Source of the DNA: Vicinamibacterales bacterium
GTDB lineage: Bacteria > Acidobacteriota > Vicinamibacteria > Vicinamibacterales > UBA8438
Reading direction: 5' to 3'
Assembly: GCA_965215895.1 (NCBI GenBank)
Contig: CBDCEY010000008.1
Coordinates: forward strand, 995,086-1,059,085
DNA length: 64,000 nt
The notes under the pieces were generated by a model that was not told the origin of the DNA, made no database searches, and was given only the letters and a program-made list of their open reading frames with translations. Positions 46,518 through 55,192 of the stretch are shown here, one piece after another (position 1 is the stretch's first letter; every line of letters begins with the position of its first letter). Made by a program: the position numbers and the translations under genes.

Positions 46518-47787
46518 CGCGAGGCGAGGAAGCGAGCCCGAGGGCTCTGCGGACGGCGACCTGGTCGACTTCGGGAACAGCTCCGAATCGACCCTGCAGG
46601 TAGGCCTTCTCCAGATTCAGGGACCTTCTCACGCGCTCACCCCCGAACTCGGCCAATGCGACGAGACGCGTCGTGGCGTCAGGCGCTTTCTCCGTGAGCC
46701 AAACCTCGTCGCGGTTCAAGCTGTTCAGCAGGGAGGTGTCGTGGGAGGTGAAGACGAGTTGAGCCCCGCGGGTATTGGTCCGGGGATCCTGGAAAATCTC
46801 GACTAGTCGGGCCGAGAGCCGGGGATGAAGACTCGCGTCGATCTCATCGAGCAGGAGGGCCCGACCGAATCTGAGGGCCGCGAACGCCGGGCCGATCAGA
46901 CGGAACCACATCTGGGTTCCGGCAGATTCATCCTCCAGATCGAAAGTCACCGGTTCGCCTTCTCCGCGATGAACGAGACCAAGGTGACGACGAGGTCCAG
47001 CCGGCCCCCCGGACTCCCCTTCGTTGATCACGAAATCGTCGATTCCTGGATCCGCGAAGCGAAGCAGGTCCAGGACTCGTCTTGGATCCCTGACGGCTGG
47101 TCGATCTTCTGGAGCACCAGAGAGCTGATCGGCGTCATTTGCCCCGAAGAGCAAGCGTATCGTGGGGTCGAACGGGTGGACGCCATCGGCACGAGGAAAC
47201 CGTTTCCTCCGGAGCCCGAGAACGCGCATTCTGGCCAGCGTTTGCCCGACGCGTGCGAAGTCAGTACCAGGTACTCGCCTGCCGGCGGAAAGCGCCAACG
47301 TCGTTGGGGTCAGCAAGTCCCGTATTCCCCGGGTTCCGTTGAGGCCCCGGCGAAAGTCGATTTCGCTCTTGCGACGTGTGAAGAGGTTTCGCCGTCGTCC
47401 TTCCGGATAGCTGTCCAGGCTCTCGAACAGCACGGTCGAGTCGTCCACGTCGAGCCGGTACGCGTATCGGACGCCCTTGACGACCAGATCCAGATCGAAC
47501 TCCGATGGTGAGGTCGGCCCCTTGCCGAACCTGTGAGCATCGCGCGGAACGTAGTCGTCCCAGCCTCGCAGCGACGTGGCAACGGCCATCGACAGCCAAG
47601 CCATGGCGTCCAGCACATTGGACTTGCCCGACGCGTTGGGCCCGTAGATTCCGGCGACGGTCAGGACGCGCTCCGACAGGCCGTCGAACCCTCGCGTCGC
47701 CGCCCGATCCTCGTCGACGGCGATCATCGACAGCTCCACCGGCTCGAGAATCGAGCGGTGGTTCGAGACCCGGAATCGCAGTAGCAC
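46504..47787 (-). CDS. AAA_21/ABC-like ATPase (AbiLi-like partner of RloB)
   Basis: FRVSNHRSI, Walker A GPNASGKSN, SAGTQMWFRLIG, Walker B LLLDEIDASLHP, TSHDTSLL. Confidence 0.8.
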   Translation of the reverse strand: MLLRFRVSNHRSILEPVELSMIAVDEDRAATRGFDGLSERVLTVAGIYGPNASGKSNVLDAMAWLSMAVATSLRGWDDYVPRDAHRFGKGPTSPSEFDLDLVVKGVRYAYRLDVDDSTVLFESLDSYPEGRRRNLFTRRKSEIDFRRGLNGTRGIRDLLTPTTLALSAGRRVPGTDFARVGQTLARMRVLGLRRKRFPRADGVHPFDPTIRLLFGANDADQLSGAPEDRPAVRDPRRVLDLLRFADPGIDDFVINEGESGGPAGPRRHLGLVHRGEGEPVTFDLEDESAGTQMWFRLIGPAFAALRFGRALLLDEIDASLHPRLSARLVEIFQDPRTNTRGAQLVFTSHDTSLLNSLNRDEVWLTEKAPDATTRLVALAEFGGERVRRSLNLEKAYLQGRFGAVPEVDQVAVRRALGLASSPRDGQE

Positions 47788-47939
47788 GAATACAGTTTAG
47801 CGCAAGAGCGACATTTTCGCGCCAGTTCTCGCCGAAATCATGCAAAATTGAGCATGAGGGCGCAAGACAGGCTTCTTCACGCCCCGAACCGATAGGTCGC
47901 GCGGCGCACGTGGCGACCACGGTGAGAGCTCTTCATTCC

Positions 47940-49439
47940 ATGCCGATCACAAGCACCAGCGACAGCAGTCCACTCCGCATAGCCTCGGTGACGCCGGGAG
48001 ACGGCCAAGGCCGGATCGGCATCACGCTGTGCCCCGGCAAGACCGATCCGGCCGCGATGGCCGGGCCGACGGCGCGCGATCTGGACACGGACCTCGACGT
48101 GATTCGGGACTGGGGAGCGACCGCCGTGGTCAGCCTGATCACCAGGGAGGAGATCGACCATCTGGGGGTCGGTGATCTCGAAGAGGCGGTGCGCGACCGG
48201 CACATGGAGTGGTGGCACGTGCCGATACCGGACGGGATGCCGCCGGGAGCCGACTTCGAACAGGCGTGGGCGGTGGCGGGCGAGGCGATCCGGGACCGGC
48301 TGCGGCTGGGGTTCGACGTGCTCGTCCACTGCAAGGGGGGCCTGGGCCGGGCCGGGACCGTCGCCGCCCGCCTGCTGGTGGAGCTGGGGGCTCGTCCGGA
48401 CGACGCGATCCGCCGCGTGCACGCGGCCCGGGACAAGGATGCCATCGAGAACCGGTCCCAGGAGGCCCACGTGGAGGGCTGCACGCCGCGGGGGCCGGCG
48501 GCCCCGGCGCGGACCGCGGACGGGTGCCGGGACCGGGCGCTCGGGGCATTCCTCGGTCTGGCGGTGGGCGACGCGGTCGGCACGACGCTCGAGTTCTGCG
48601 CCCGCGACACCGAGCCGCGCCTGGAGGACATGATCGGCGGCGGACCGTTCGAGCTGCCGGCTGGCGCGTGGACTGACGACACGAGCATGGCCCTGGCCCT
48701 CGCCGCCAGCCTGGCGAACCGCGAGACGCTCGACTGCCGGGACCTGATGGATCGCTTCGTCAGGTGGTGGCGGGACGGCGCCTACTCGTCCACTGGACAC
48801 TGCTTCGACATCGGCAACACCGTCCTCGGGGCGCTCGAACGGTATCTGCGGACAGGCGACCCGCTCGCCGGATCGACCGACCCGGGGACCGCCGGCAACG
48901 GCTCGCTGATGCGGCTCGCCCCCGTCGCCCTCCGGTTCTGGAACGACCGGCCGCGGCTGATCGCGGCCGCCGCCGAGCAGTCCCGCACGACCCACGGCGC
49001 CTCAGAAGCGGTGGACGCCTGTCGGGCGTTCGCGGAGCTGCTTGCCGACGCCATCGCGGGATCTCCGCGCGCCGAGCTCCTCGCCCCGAGACGGTTCGAG
49101 GGAGCGGCGGCGATCGCCCGAATCAAGACCGGCAGCTATCACGGACGGCCCAGAAACGAGATCAGCTCCAGCGGCTATGTCGTGGACACCCTGGAAGCCG
49201 CCCTCTGGTCGGTCGCCCGCACCGGGAACTTCCGCAACGCCGTGCTGCTCGCGGCGAACCTGGCCGACGACGCCGATACGGTCGCGGCGGTTACGGGACA
49301 GCTCGCCGGCGCCCTCTACGGCCTGAGCGGCATGCCCGGCGACTGGCTCGAACGTGTCTTCTGGAAGGGTCGGCTACTGGCGGCAGCGCAGGGCCTGCTG
49401 CCTCCGTCCCGCACCCCCGGGGACGAGTCGGACAAGTAA
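47940..49439 (+). CDS. fusion protein: dual-specificity/Cys-based phosphatase domain + ADP-ribosylglycohydrolase (ARH/DraG-like) domain
   Basis: ATG 47940 (internal Met of the track ORF). CX5R P-loop VHCKGGLGRAGT. ARH blocks GLAVGDAVGTTLEF, WTDDTSMALALA, GNGSLMRLAP, ADDADTVAAVTGQLAGALYG. Confidence 0.75.
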   Translation: MPITSTSDSSPLRIASVTPGDGQGRIGITLCPGKTDPAAMAGPTARDLDTDLDVIRDWGATAVVSLITREEIDHLGVGDLEEAVRDRHMEWWHVPIPDGMPPGADFEQAWAVAGEAIRDRLRLGFDVLVHCKGGLGRAGTVAARLLVELGARPDDAIRRVHAARDKDAIENRSQEAHVEGCTPRGPAAPARTADGCRDRALGAFLGLAVGDAVGTTLEFCARDTEPRLEDMIGGGPFELPAGAWTDDTSMALALAASLANRETLDCRDLMDRFVRWWRDGAYSSTGHCFDIGNTVLGALERYLRTGDPLAGSTDPGTAGNGSLMRLAPVALRFWNDRPRLIAAAAEQSRTTHGASEAVDACRAFAELLADAIAGSPRAELLAPRRFEGAAAIARIKTGSYHGRPRNEISSSGYVVDTLEAALWSVARTGNFRNAVLLAANLADDADTVAAVTGQLAGALYGLSGMPGDWLERVFWKGRLLAAAQGLLPPSRTPGDESDK

Positions 49440-49555
49440 CCGACGCGGCGACCTGTACCCCGGGCCCGATGAGTACGCGTGTCGCCCTACCGCCACGGCC
49501 CGGAGACGGCCCCGCGGGCGCTCACCGTCGCGACCGCGTTCGCTCGCGCGACCCG

Positions 49556-50629
49556 CTACTCCGGCACCGGCAGATAGGCGAGCCGGTCGCCCCGGTACGA
49601 CCCCAGCCACAGCTCGTCGCCGATGCGGAGCGCGGTGGTCGACGAGATGAACCCGTTCATGGCCGGGTGCACGAAGATCCGCTCGACCTCGAGGGTCTCG
49701 GGGTCGATGGCCGCGACGTTGGTCGTCTCCAGGGTCGGCTCCCGCGGGTCGGTGATGGAGTTGCCGTCCCTGTCGGTGTGGCCGGCCGCGTAGATGACCG
49801 AGCCGTCGAGGGCCATGCGCAGGTTGTCGGGCCGGAAGCCGAGCTCGACGACGTCCTTCCGCACCGGCTCGACGCCGCGCGACAGGCGGGTGAGCTTCTC
49901 CTCGGCCCAGCCGGCGATGTAGAGGGTCTGGCCGTCCCCGGACACCTCGATGCCGTTCGGCGCGGTGTCCTCGCTCTCCGGCAGCACCACCCAACCGCTG
50001 TCGGCGTGCCACTCCCACACCCCGATACCGGCGTTCGTCGTGGCGAAGCCGCCTCCCGGCAGGGCGACGACCGAGTTGAGATTGGCGCCCTCCGGGGCCA
50101 CCGCGCACCCCGTCCAGGCCAGGCTCGGACGCGAGTCGCCGGCATCGACCTCGAAGAACTCGATCGCCTCGCGAGGACCATGATGGACGACGAGCAGGGT
50201 GTGGACGTCGTCGGATCCCGCCGCGAGGTAGAGCCCGTGCAGGCGGGACACGTCCGGGTTGGCGAGGTCGAACGGACCGGGGCACTCGGGGTAGGCCTCG
50301 GCGTCGAGCCGCTGCTCGCTGTCCGGCGTCGGGAACAGCACGGTCGAGGTCTTGTCGCTCACGTTCACGAGGTTGAGCCGGCCGCCCTCCCGGGCGCCGG
50401 AGACGATGGCCCACTCCGTGCCGGGGACGACCACGATGTCCTCGGGGCTGACCATGTCGCAGATGAACTGCACCTCGCCGACCGGGTCGCAGGGGTGCTC
50501 GCCGGTGACCGCGAACTGCGGCGGTGCCGGTACGGCGTCCGCGGCGGGTTCCGGCTCGGGCGCCGAACCGCCGCAGCCCACCGCGACCATCGTGACCAAC
50601 CCGAGTCCTGCCAGCTTCGCAGCGCTCAT
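49556..50629 (-). CDS. lipoprotein, SMP-30/arylesterase-like beta-propeller
   Basis: GGGAGGAGGGG RBS. Lipobox LVTMVAVGC. Repeated beta-strand blocks ending ..DELWLGSYRGDRLAYL. Confidence 0.6.
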   Translation of the reverse strand: MSAAKLAGLGLVTMVAVGCGGSAPEPEPAADAVPAPPQFAVTGEHPCDPVGEVQFICDMVSPEDIVVVPGTEWAIVSGAREGGRLNLVNVSDKTSTVLFPTPDSEQRLDAEAYPECPGPFDLANPDVSRLHGLYLAAGSDDVHTLLVVHHGPREAIEFFEVDAGDSRPSLAWTGCAVAPEGANLNSVVALPGGGFATTNAGIGVWEWHADSGWVVLPESEDTAPNGIEVSGDGQTLYIAGWAEEKLTRLSRGVEPVRKDVVELGFRPDNLRMALDGSVIYAAGHTDRDGNSITDPREPTLETTNVAAIDPETLEVERIFVHPAMNGFISSTTALRIGDELWLGSYRGDRLAYLPVPE

Positions 50630-50690
50630 GACGTCCCCTCCTCCCGGATCGAGTTGGCGACAGGATACCACCGCAGGGCTACGATACCGG

Positions 50691-50792
50691 GCTCCGGGCC
50701 AAGAGTCCGCGCCGTAGAACGGCGCCGCCTCCCGTCGGAGGCGCCGACTCCCTGGAGGGTTGGTTGGGGCGGCGGCGGAGCCGCGCAGGCGA
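50691..50792 (+). repeat. dispersed ~100 bp repeat, copy B (hairpin 50726-50743)
   Basis: See copy A. Here it is intergenic, between divergent genes. Confidence 0.7.
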
Positions 50793-50909
50793 CTCTATCC
50801 GGGCCAGGATCTCTCTTCGTTTACGCGATGGACGAACGGCGGCGTCGGAGCTTCGCGATGCGGCGCGGGTAGTCATCGGTCGGCCCGTTATCCGGAAAGG
50901 GAGGGAATC

Positions 50910-51140
50910 ATGGACATCAAGCGCATCTGCGGCGTGGTCCTCGTCGTGATGGCGGGCGCGGTCGCCGTCCAGACCGTCGTCGAGCTCTACTACACGTCGA
51001 CGGAGGAGAGCCCGTACAGCCCCGTATGGGCCGGCCTCGGCTCGCTGATGTTCGTACCCCTGGCCCTGGGCGCGGCGTTCGGCTACCTCCGCAAGCAGGA
51101 CGCCGAGGGCGCGGGGAGCGAGGGCGCGATCACGCGTTAG
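50910..51140 (+). CDS. small membrane protein (76 aa)
   Basis: AAGGGAGGG RBS. Two hydrophobic helices (ICGVVLVVMAGAVAV; LGSLMFVPLALGAAFGYL). Confidence 0.5.
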   Translation: MDIKRICGVVLVVMAGAVAVQTVVELYYTSTEESPYSPVWAGLGSLMFVPLALGAAFGYLRKQDAEGAGSEGAITR

Positions 51141-51372
51141 AGTCAGTCCGCTCCTGGCTCTCCCTGGGGCGAAAGGGTGGCCGGACGGGCCTGCCCGCGC
51201 CGCCGGCACTGCTTCGGCATCGGGAACAAACGGCTCGACGCGCTCGACCGGGACGTGCGAACCGGCAATCCGGTCGCAGGGTCGACCGCGAAGATCTCCC
51301 GGACCACGGCCGACAGTCTGTTGCGGGCGCTGGCGGGACGAGATCGAGGCCCGCAGGGTCCCGTCAGAGCGG

Positions 51373-52233
51373 TCACGGGAGCTCGTAGCCGATCATGAAC
51401 AGCGCCGCCTCGAGCGCCCGCAGGCGGCATTTCGCGGGGAGCTTGCCGAAGCGCCCTTCGCAGGCTACCTCTCCCAGGACCCACGCCGCCCAGACGTTGC
51501 ACTCCGCCCACCTCCGGGGATTGGCGGCGCTCAACGGTGGGAACCGCAACGAGCCCGCCGACGGTTTACGGTTGTGCCTGCCTCTCCCGGCAAGCCACCG
51601 GAATCGCAGCAATGCCGGGACTTCGCAGAGTTTCTTTTCGCTGCAGTACCGCTTTACCAAGTAGCCCATCGCCGCGCCCACACGCCCGTCGTAGATCGGA
51701 AAGCCCTCGAGCATCAGCGCATAGACCTTCGTCCACCCCGAGTTCATGCAGTGCACCTCGCCCAGCTGCGAAGTGTCCGCATGGGACGGGTCGAGCAGAA
51801 GAGCGGCCTTGCGGAACGTCGGCAGCGCCTTCTGGTCCAGTTCGCACAGCTTGCTCTTGTTGCCGCGCGTCACGCCGCCCCACTGCAGAATCCTGCACGC
51901 CGCCTCCACGAAACCGTCCCGGTCGTCGCAGCACACGGCCCGACGCACGTCTTCGGCGAGACAATCCAGTATCCTTTGGTTGTCTTCGAAGCTCTTGCCC
52001 CGCCAGCAGTAATTCGTGTGCGCCTCCCAGAGGGAACTGCAGCGCCAGTCACAGGCCGGCTTGAGCATCCGGTAGCTGTGTTCGAAGGCCTCCTCGTCCC
52101 CAACCCGCCGGCGCAGCCATTCGACGAACGGCCGCACGCATTCGTGATCCAGATAGTCGTCGCGTCTCACCGATGACCCCTTCTCCTTCCGTGGACTCAC
52201 CCCGCCAGCGCCGCCAACCGGTCCGCCGGCCAT
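51373..52233 (-). CDS. Cys/Trp-rich hypothetical protein (about 265-286 aa)
   Basis: ATG 52233 overlaps the upstream stop (TGATG); alternative GTG 52170 after AAGGAG. Lower G+C. Blocks ILQWGGVTRGNKSKL and MNSGWTKVYALML..FPIYDGRVGAAMGYLV. Confidence 0.5.
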   Translation of the reverse strand: MAGGPVGGAGGVSPRKEKGSSVRRDDYLDHECVRPFVEWLRRRVGDEEAFEHSYRMLKPACDWRCSSLWEAHTNYCWRGKSFEDNQRILDCLAEDVRRAVCCDDRDGFVEAACRILQWGGVTRGNKSKLCELDQKALPTFRKAALLLDPSHADTSQLGEVHCMNSGWTKVYALMLEGFPIYDGRVGAAMGYLVKRYCSEKKLCEVPALLRFRWLAGRGRHNRKPSAGSLRFPPLSAANPRRWAECNVWAAWVLGEVACEGRFGKLPAKCRLRALEAALFMIGYELP

Positions 52234-53222
52234 CAGGCTTCCTCCCGGTCTCGCAGGAACTGCCGGTAGGCTTCCTCGTCGAATTCCCGCAGGCGCGCCT
52301 CCAGGACCGCTTCCGGGGTGTCCCAGGACCAGGGAAGGTCGTGCATGTCCATCACGAACGCCAGATGCGTCTTGCGACAGGATATGCCGGCGCGGTGGGC
52401 GCGGCTGTGCACGGCGCTGAACACGCTGGGGGCTGCGGACGCAGGACGCGTCGCTTGGGGTGCGGCGATGGCCGGTGGACGGCCGCGCGGCGGGGAATCG
52501 GATCCCGGTCTGTCGGGAGAGCCGAGGCGCCGCCAGCCCGAAGGGGTGACTTGGTAACGCAGGTTGCCCTCGACGACGCGGCAGAAGGCCTCGACGAGAA
52601 GCCAGGGAACGATGTCGTCGTCCGCAAGGCGGTAGCGGAAGCCGCCGTACATGCCGGGCACCGCGAAGCAGACGTCCTCGCGGCCCAGCTCGAGCAACGG
52701 CTCTATCTCCGGCAGCCGCAGGAACCGAGCCCGACCCGGGCGATGCTCCCGGATGACCGCGTGGAGGTGGCGCTGGAGACGCCTCAGGACGTCCACGGGC
52801 AAGCGGCGCCGCCGGTACACCGGAGTCAGGATCGGAATCAGGGAGAGCCGGCCCCGCCGGCGGGCGATGTCGACCGGCCGCGCGCAACCGCGGGTGCGGA
52901 GCGTCCGCCAGGCGCCCATGGCGATGAGGCGGTTCGCGACCCATGCGGGCGCGCCGCCGTGCGCCGCCTGGTGCAGCGCCGCGTAGCGCGCCCGGCCGCC
53001 GGGGCGGCTGGCGTTCACGCAGTCGGGGTGGTCGCCGAGGATGCGGAGCACCCGCGGCCAGTCGCCGCCGCGGGCCGCATCGGCCAGCTCGTGCCGCACC
53101 CGGAGGCCCGGGTAGGGAGCGCGCGTGCGATCGTCGACACCGTCGATCCCGTTCCATGTAGCTTGCGCCAAATCTGCTTCCTTTCCGAGTTGTGGTTCAC
53201 GACCGGCGGCAGACGCCGCCAT
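52233..53222 (-). CDS. ankyrin-repeat protein with unknown C-terminal domain
   Basis: ATG 53222 after GGAG (track GTG 53246 also possible). ANK-like ARGGDWPRVLRILGDHPDCVNASRPGG..YAALHQAAHGGAPAWVANRLIAMGAW. C-terminal part VPGMYGGFRYRL. Confidence 0.55.
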   Translation of the reverse strand: MAASAAGREPQLGKEADLAQATWNGIDGVDDRTRAPYPGLRVRHELADAARGGDWPRVLRILGDHPDCVNASRPGGRARYAALHQAAHGGAPAWVANRLIAMGAWRTLRTRGCARPVDIARRRGRLSLIPILTPVYRRRRLPVDVLRRLQRHLHAVIREHRPGRARFLRLPEIEPLLELGREDVCFAVPGMYGGFRYRLADDDIVPWLLVEAFCRVVEGNLRYQVTPSGWRRLGSPDRPGSDSPPRGRPPAIAAPQATRPASAAPSVFSAVHSRAHRAGISCRKTHLAFVMDMHDLPWSWDTPEAVLEARLREFDEEAYRQFLRDREEA

Positions 53223-53356
53223 CCTCTCTCTCCATTCTCCGAACACTTTGAGTCAGAACGTGTCAGTGCGCCGGTCCGGGCGACCGCGGTTGGCCCAGCC
53301 TGATCGAATGACGACAGGAACGAGATGGAATACGAGAAGATGGCATAATCCGTTGC

Positions 53357-54640
53357 ATGCGTTACCTCCCGCTCACGCGACGGCAGGTCCTGCGCGGGGC
53401 CGCGGCCGGGATCGCGGCGGCGGCGGCCCCGGGGGCCCGAGCGGTGGCAGAAGCAGCGCGGCAGCGAGACAACATCGGACCGTACGCGGACGACGTGCTT
53501 CCGCCCGGCGTCCGCTCCCGTTTCGTCGCGAACGTCAACGGCATCCGCATGCACGTGCTGGAGGCGGGGTCGAGGGCCGGCGCGCGCGGCGGCGTGCTCC
53601 TGCTGCACGGCTTCCCGGAGCTCGCGTACAGCTGGCGGCGGCTGATGCCGGCCCTCGCGGAAGCGGGCTACCACGTGATGGCGCCCGACCTGCGCGGCTA
53701 CGGCCGCACCGACGGCGCCGGCATCGGTTACGACGACGACCTGCACCCGTTCCGGATGCTGAACGAGGTGCGGGACATGCTCGCGCTGGTGGCGGCGTTC
53801 GGCTACCGCCAGGTCCACCTCACCGGCCACGACTTCGGGTCGCTGGTGGCATCGTGGTGCGCGGTCGCGCGGCCGGACGTGTTCCGCTCCGCCGTCCTGA
53901 TGAGCGCGCCGTTCGGGGGGACGGCGGCGCTGCCGTTCGACACCGCCGATGCACCGGCGGCCCCCGCGGGCGCGCCCGCGGCCGACAACATCGACGCCGA
54001 CCTCGCGAGCCTAACGCGGCCGCGCTGGCACTACCGGCGCTTCTACGCCACGCGCGGGGCGAACGACGACCTGTGGCGGGCGCCGCAGGGCGTCCACGAC
54101 TTCCTGCGCGCCTACTACCACATGAAGAGCGGCGACTGGAGCGGCAACCGGCCGGAGCCGCTCCGCGAGTGGTCGGCGGCCGAGCTGGCGCGGCTCCCCC
54201 GCTACTACGTCCTCGACCTCGGCAAGGGGATGGCGGAGACGGTGGCCGAGCACATGCCGTCGGCGGCCGAGATCGCGGCGTGCGCGTGGCTGGCGGACGA
54301 CGAGCTGCGGGTCTACAGCGGCGAGTACCGCCGGACCGGGTTCCAGGGCGGGCTGCAGTGGTACCGCAGCGTGGCGTCGGTGTCGTCCATCTTCGGCGGG
54401 GGCATCAACGCCGACCTGCAGGTGTTCGCGGGGCGCACCATCGACCAGCCGTCGCTGTTCATCGCCGGCGCGCGCGACTGGGGCATCCACCAGCGCCCGG
54501 GCGCCCTCGAGCGGATGGACGGGCAGGCCTGCACCGACCTGCGGGGCCTCCACCTGCTCGACGGGGCCGGCCACTGGGTGCAGCAGGAGCGGTCGGCAGA
54601 GGTCAACCGGCTGGTGCTCGGCTTCCTGCGGTCGCTCTGA
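53357..54640 (+). CDS. alpha/beta hydrolase (epoxide-hydrolase-like), Tat signal
   Basis: Tat-like LTRRQVLRGAAAGIAAAAA. HGFPELAYSWRR, nucleophile elbow GHDFGS, C-terminal GAGHWVQQE. Confidence 0.8.
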   Translation: MRYLPLTRRQVLRGAAAGIAAAAAPGARAVAEAARQRDNIGPYADDVLPPGVRSRFVANVNGIRMHVLEAGSRAGARGGVLLLHGFPELAYSWRRLMPALAEAGYHVMAPDLRGYGRTDGAGIGYDDDLHPFRMLNEVRDMLALVAAFGYRQVHLTGHDFGSLVASWCAVARPDVFRSAVLMSAPFGGTAALPFDTADAPAAPAGAPAADNIDADLASLTRPRWHYRRFYATRGANDDLWRAPQGVHDFLRAYYHMKSGDWSGNRPEPLREWSAAELARLPRYYVLDLGKGMAETVAEHMPSAAEIAACAWLADDELRVYSGEYRRTGFQGGLQWYRSVASVSSIFGGGINADLQVFAGRTIDQPSLFIAGARDWGIHQRPGALERMDGQACTDLRGLHLLDGAGHWVQQERSAEVNRLVLGFLRSL

Positions 54641-54795
54641 AGACGCACGGCCATCCGCGGCCGGACCGCGCCCCCGACACCCACGCGCAGCAGGGGGTGC
54701 TCCCCGGCGCGAGCGTCGCGGTGCACGCCCCCGACGGAAACCCGGTACGAAGCCTTGTCGTTGACGCCGGTACGACCAGGTGCTACTTTGAGCCC

Positions 54796-55071
54796 ATGAC
54801 GGTGAAGTCCTCGGTCTCGCTCACCGACGCGCAACACGCGTTCGCCAGGACCCTGGTGGACGCTGGGCGCTATTCCAGTGTCAGCGCCGTGCTGCAGCAG
54901 GGCCTCGACCTGCTGCGCGGGCGGCTGGAGGGCGAGGAGTTGGAACGCGCCGCGCTACGCGAGCTTCTCGCCCGTCGGCGGGAGGGCGAGTTCGTTCCCG
55001 CGGAAGGGATGGACCGCCGATTGTCCCGCGTAATCGCCGCGAAGCGCCGCTCGCATGGACTACCGTCTTGA
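54796..55071 (+). CDS. ParD-like ribbon-helix-helix antitoxin
   Basis: 91 aa. SVSLTDAQHAFARTLVDAGRYSSVSAVLQQGLDLL is the ParD/COG3609 pattern. Overlaps the start of a ParE-like stub. Confidence 0.7.
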   Translation: MTVKSSVSLTDAQHAFARTLVDAGRYSSVSAVLQQGLDLLRGRLEGEELERAALRELLARRREGEFVPAEGMDRRLSRVIAAKRRSHGLPS

Positions 55072-55174
55072 GTTCTCCCCAGAGGCCGAACGGGCCTCTC
55101 CCCCCCCAGCACGACATTTAGCCCGCGCGACATCCGCCCTTCACGGTGACGTCATACCGTTCTCCTCAAGATAG
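55055..55174 (+). pseudogene. ParE-like toxin remnant (39 codons)
   Basis: MDYRLEFSPEAERA matches the canonical ParE/RelE N-terminus (..L.FSP.AE.DL). It then degenerates after a C8 run and stops at TAG 55172-55174. Confidence 0.55.
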
Positions 55175-55192
55175 ATGCAGGAGGTGTCCGAG

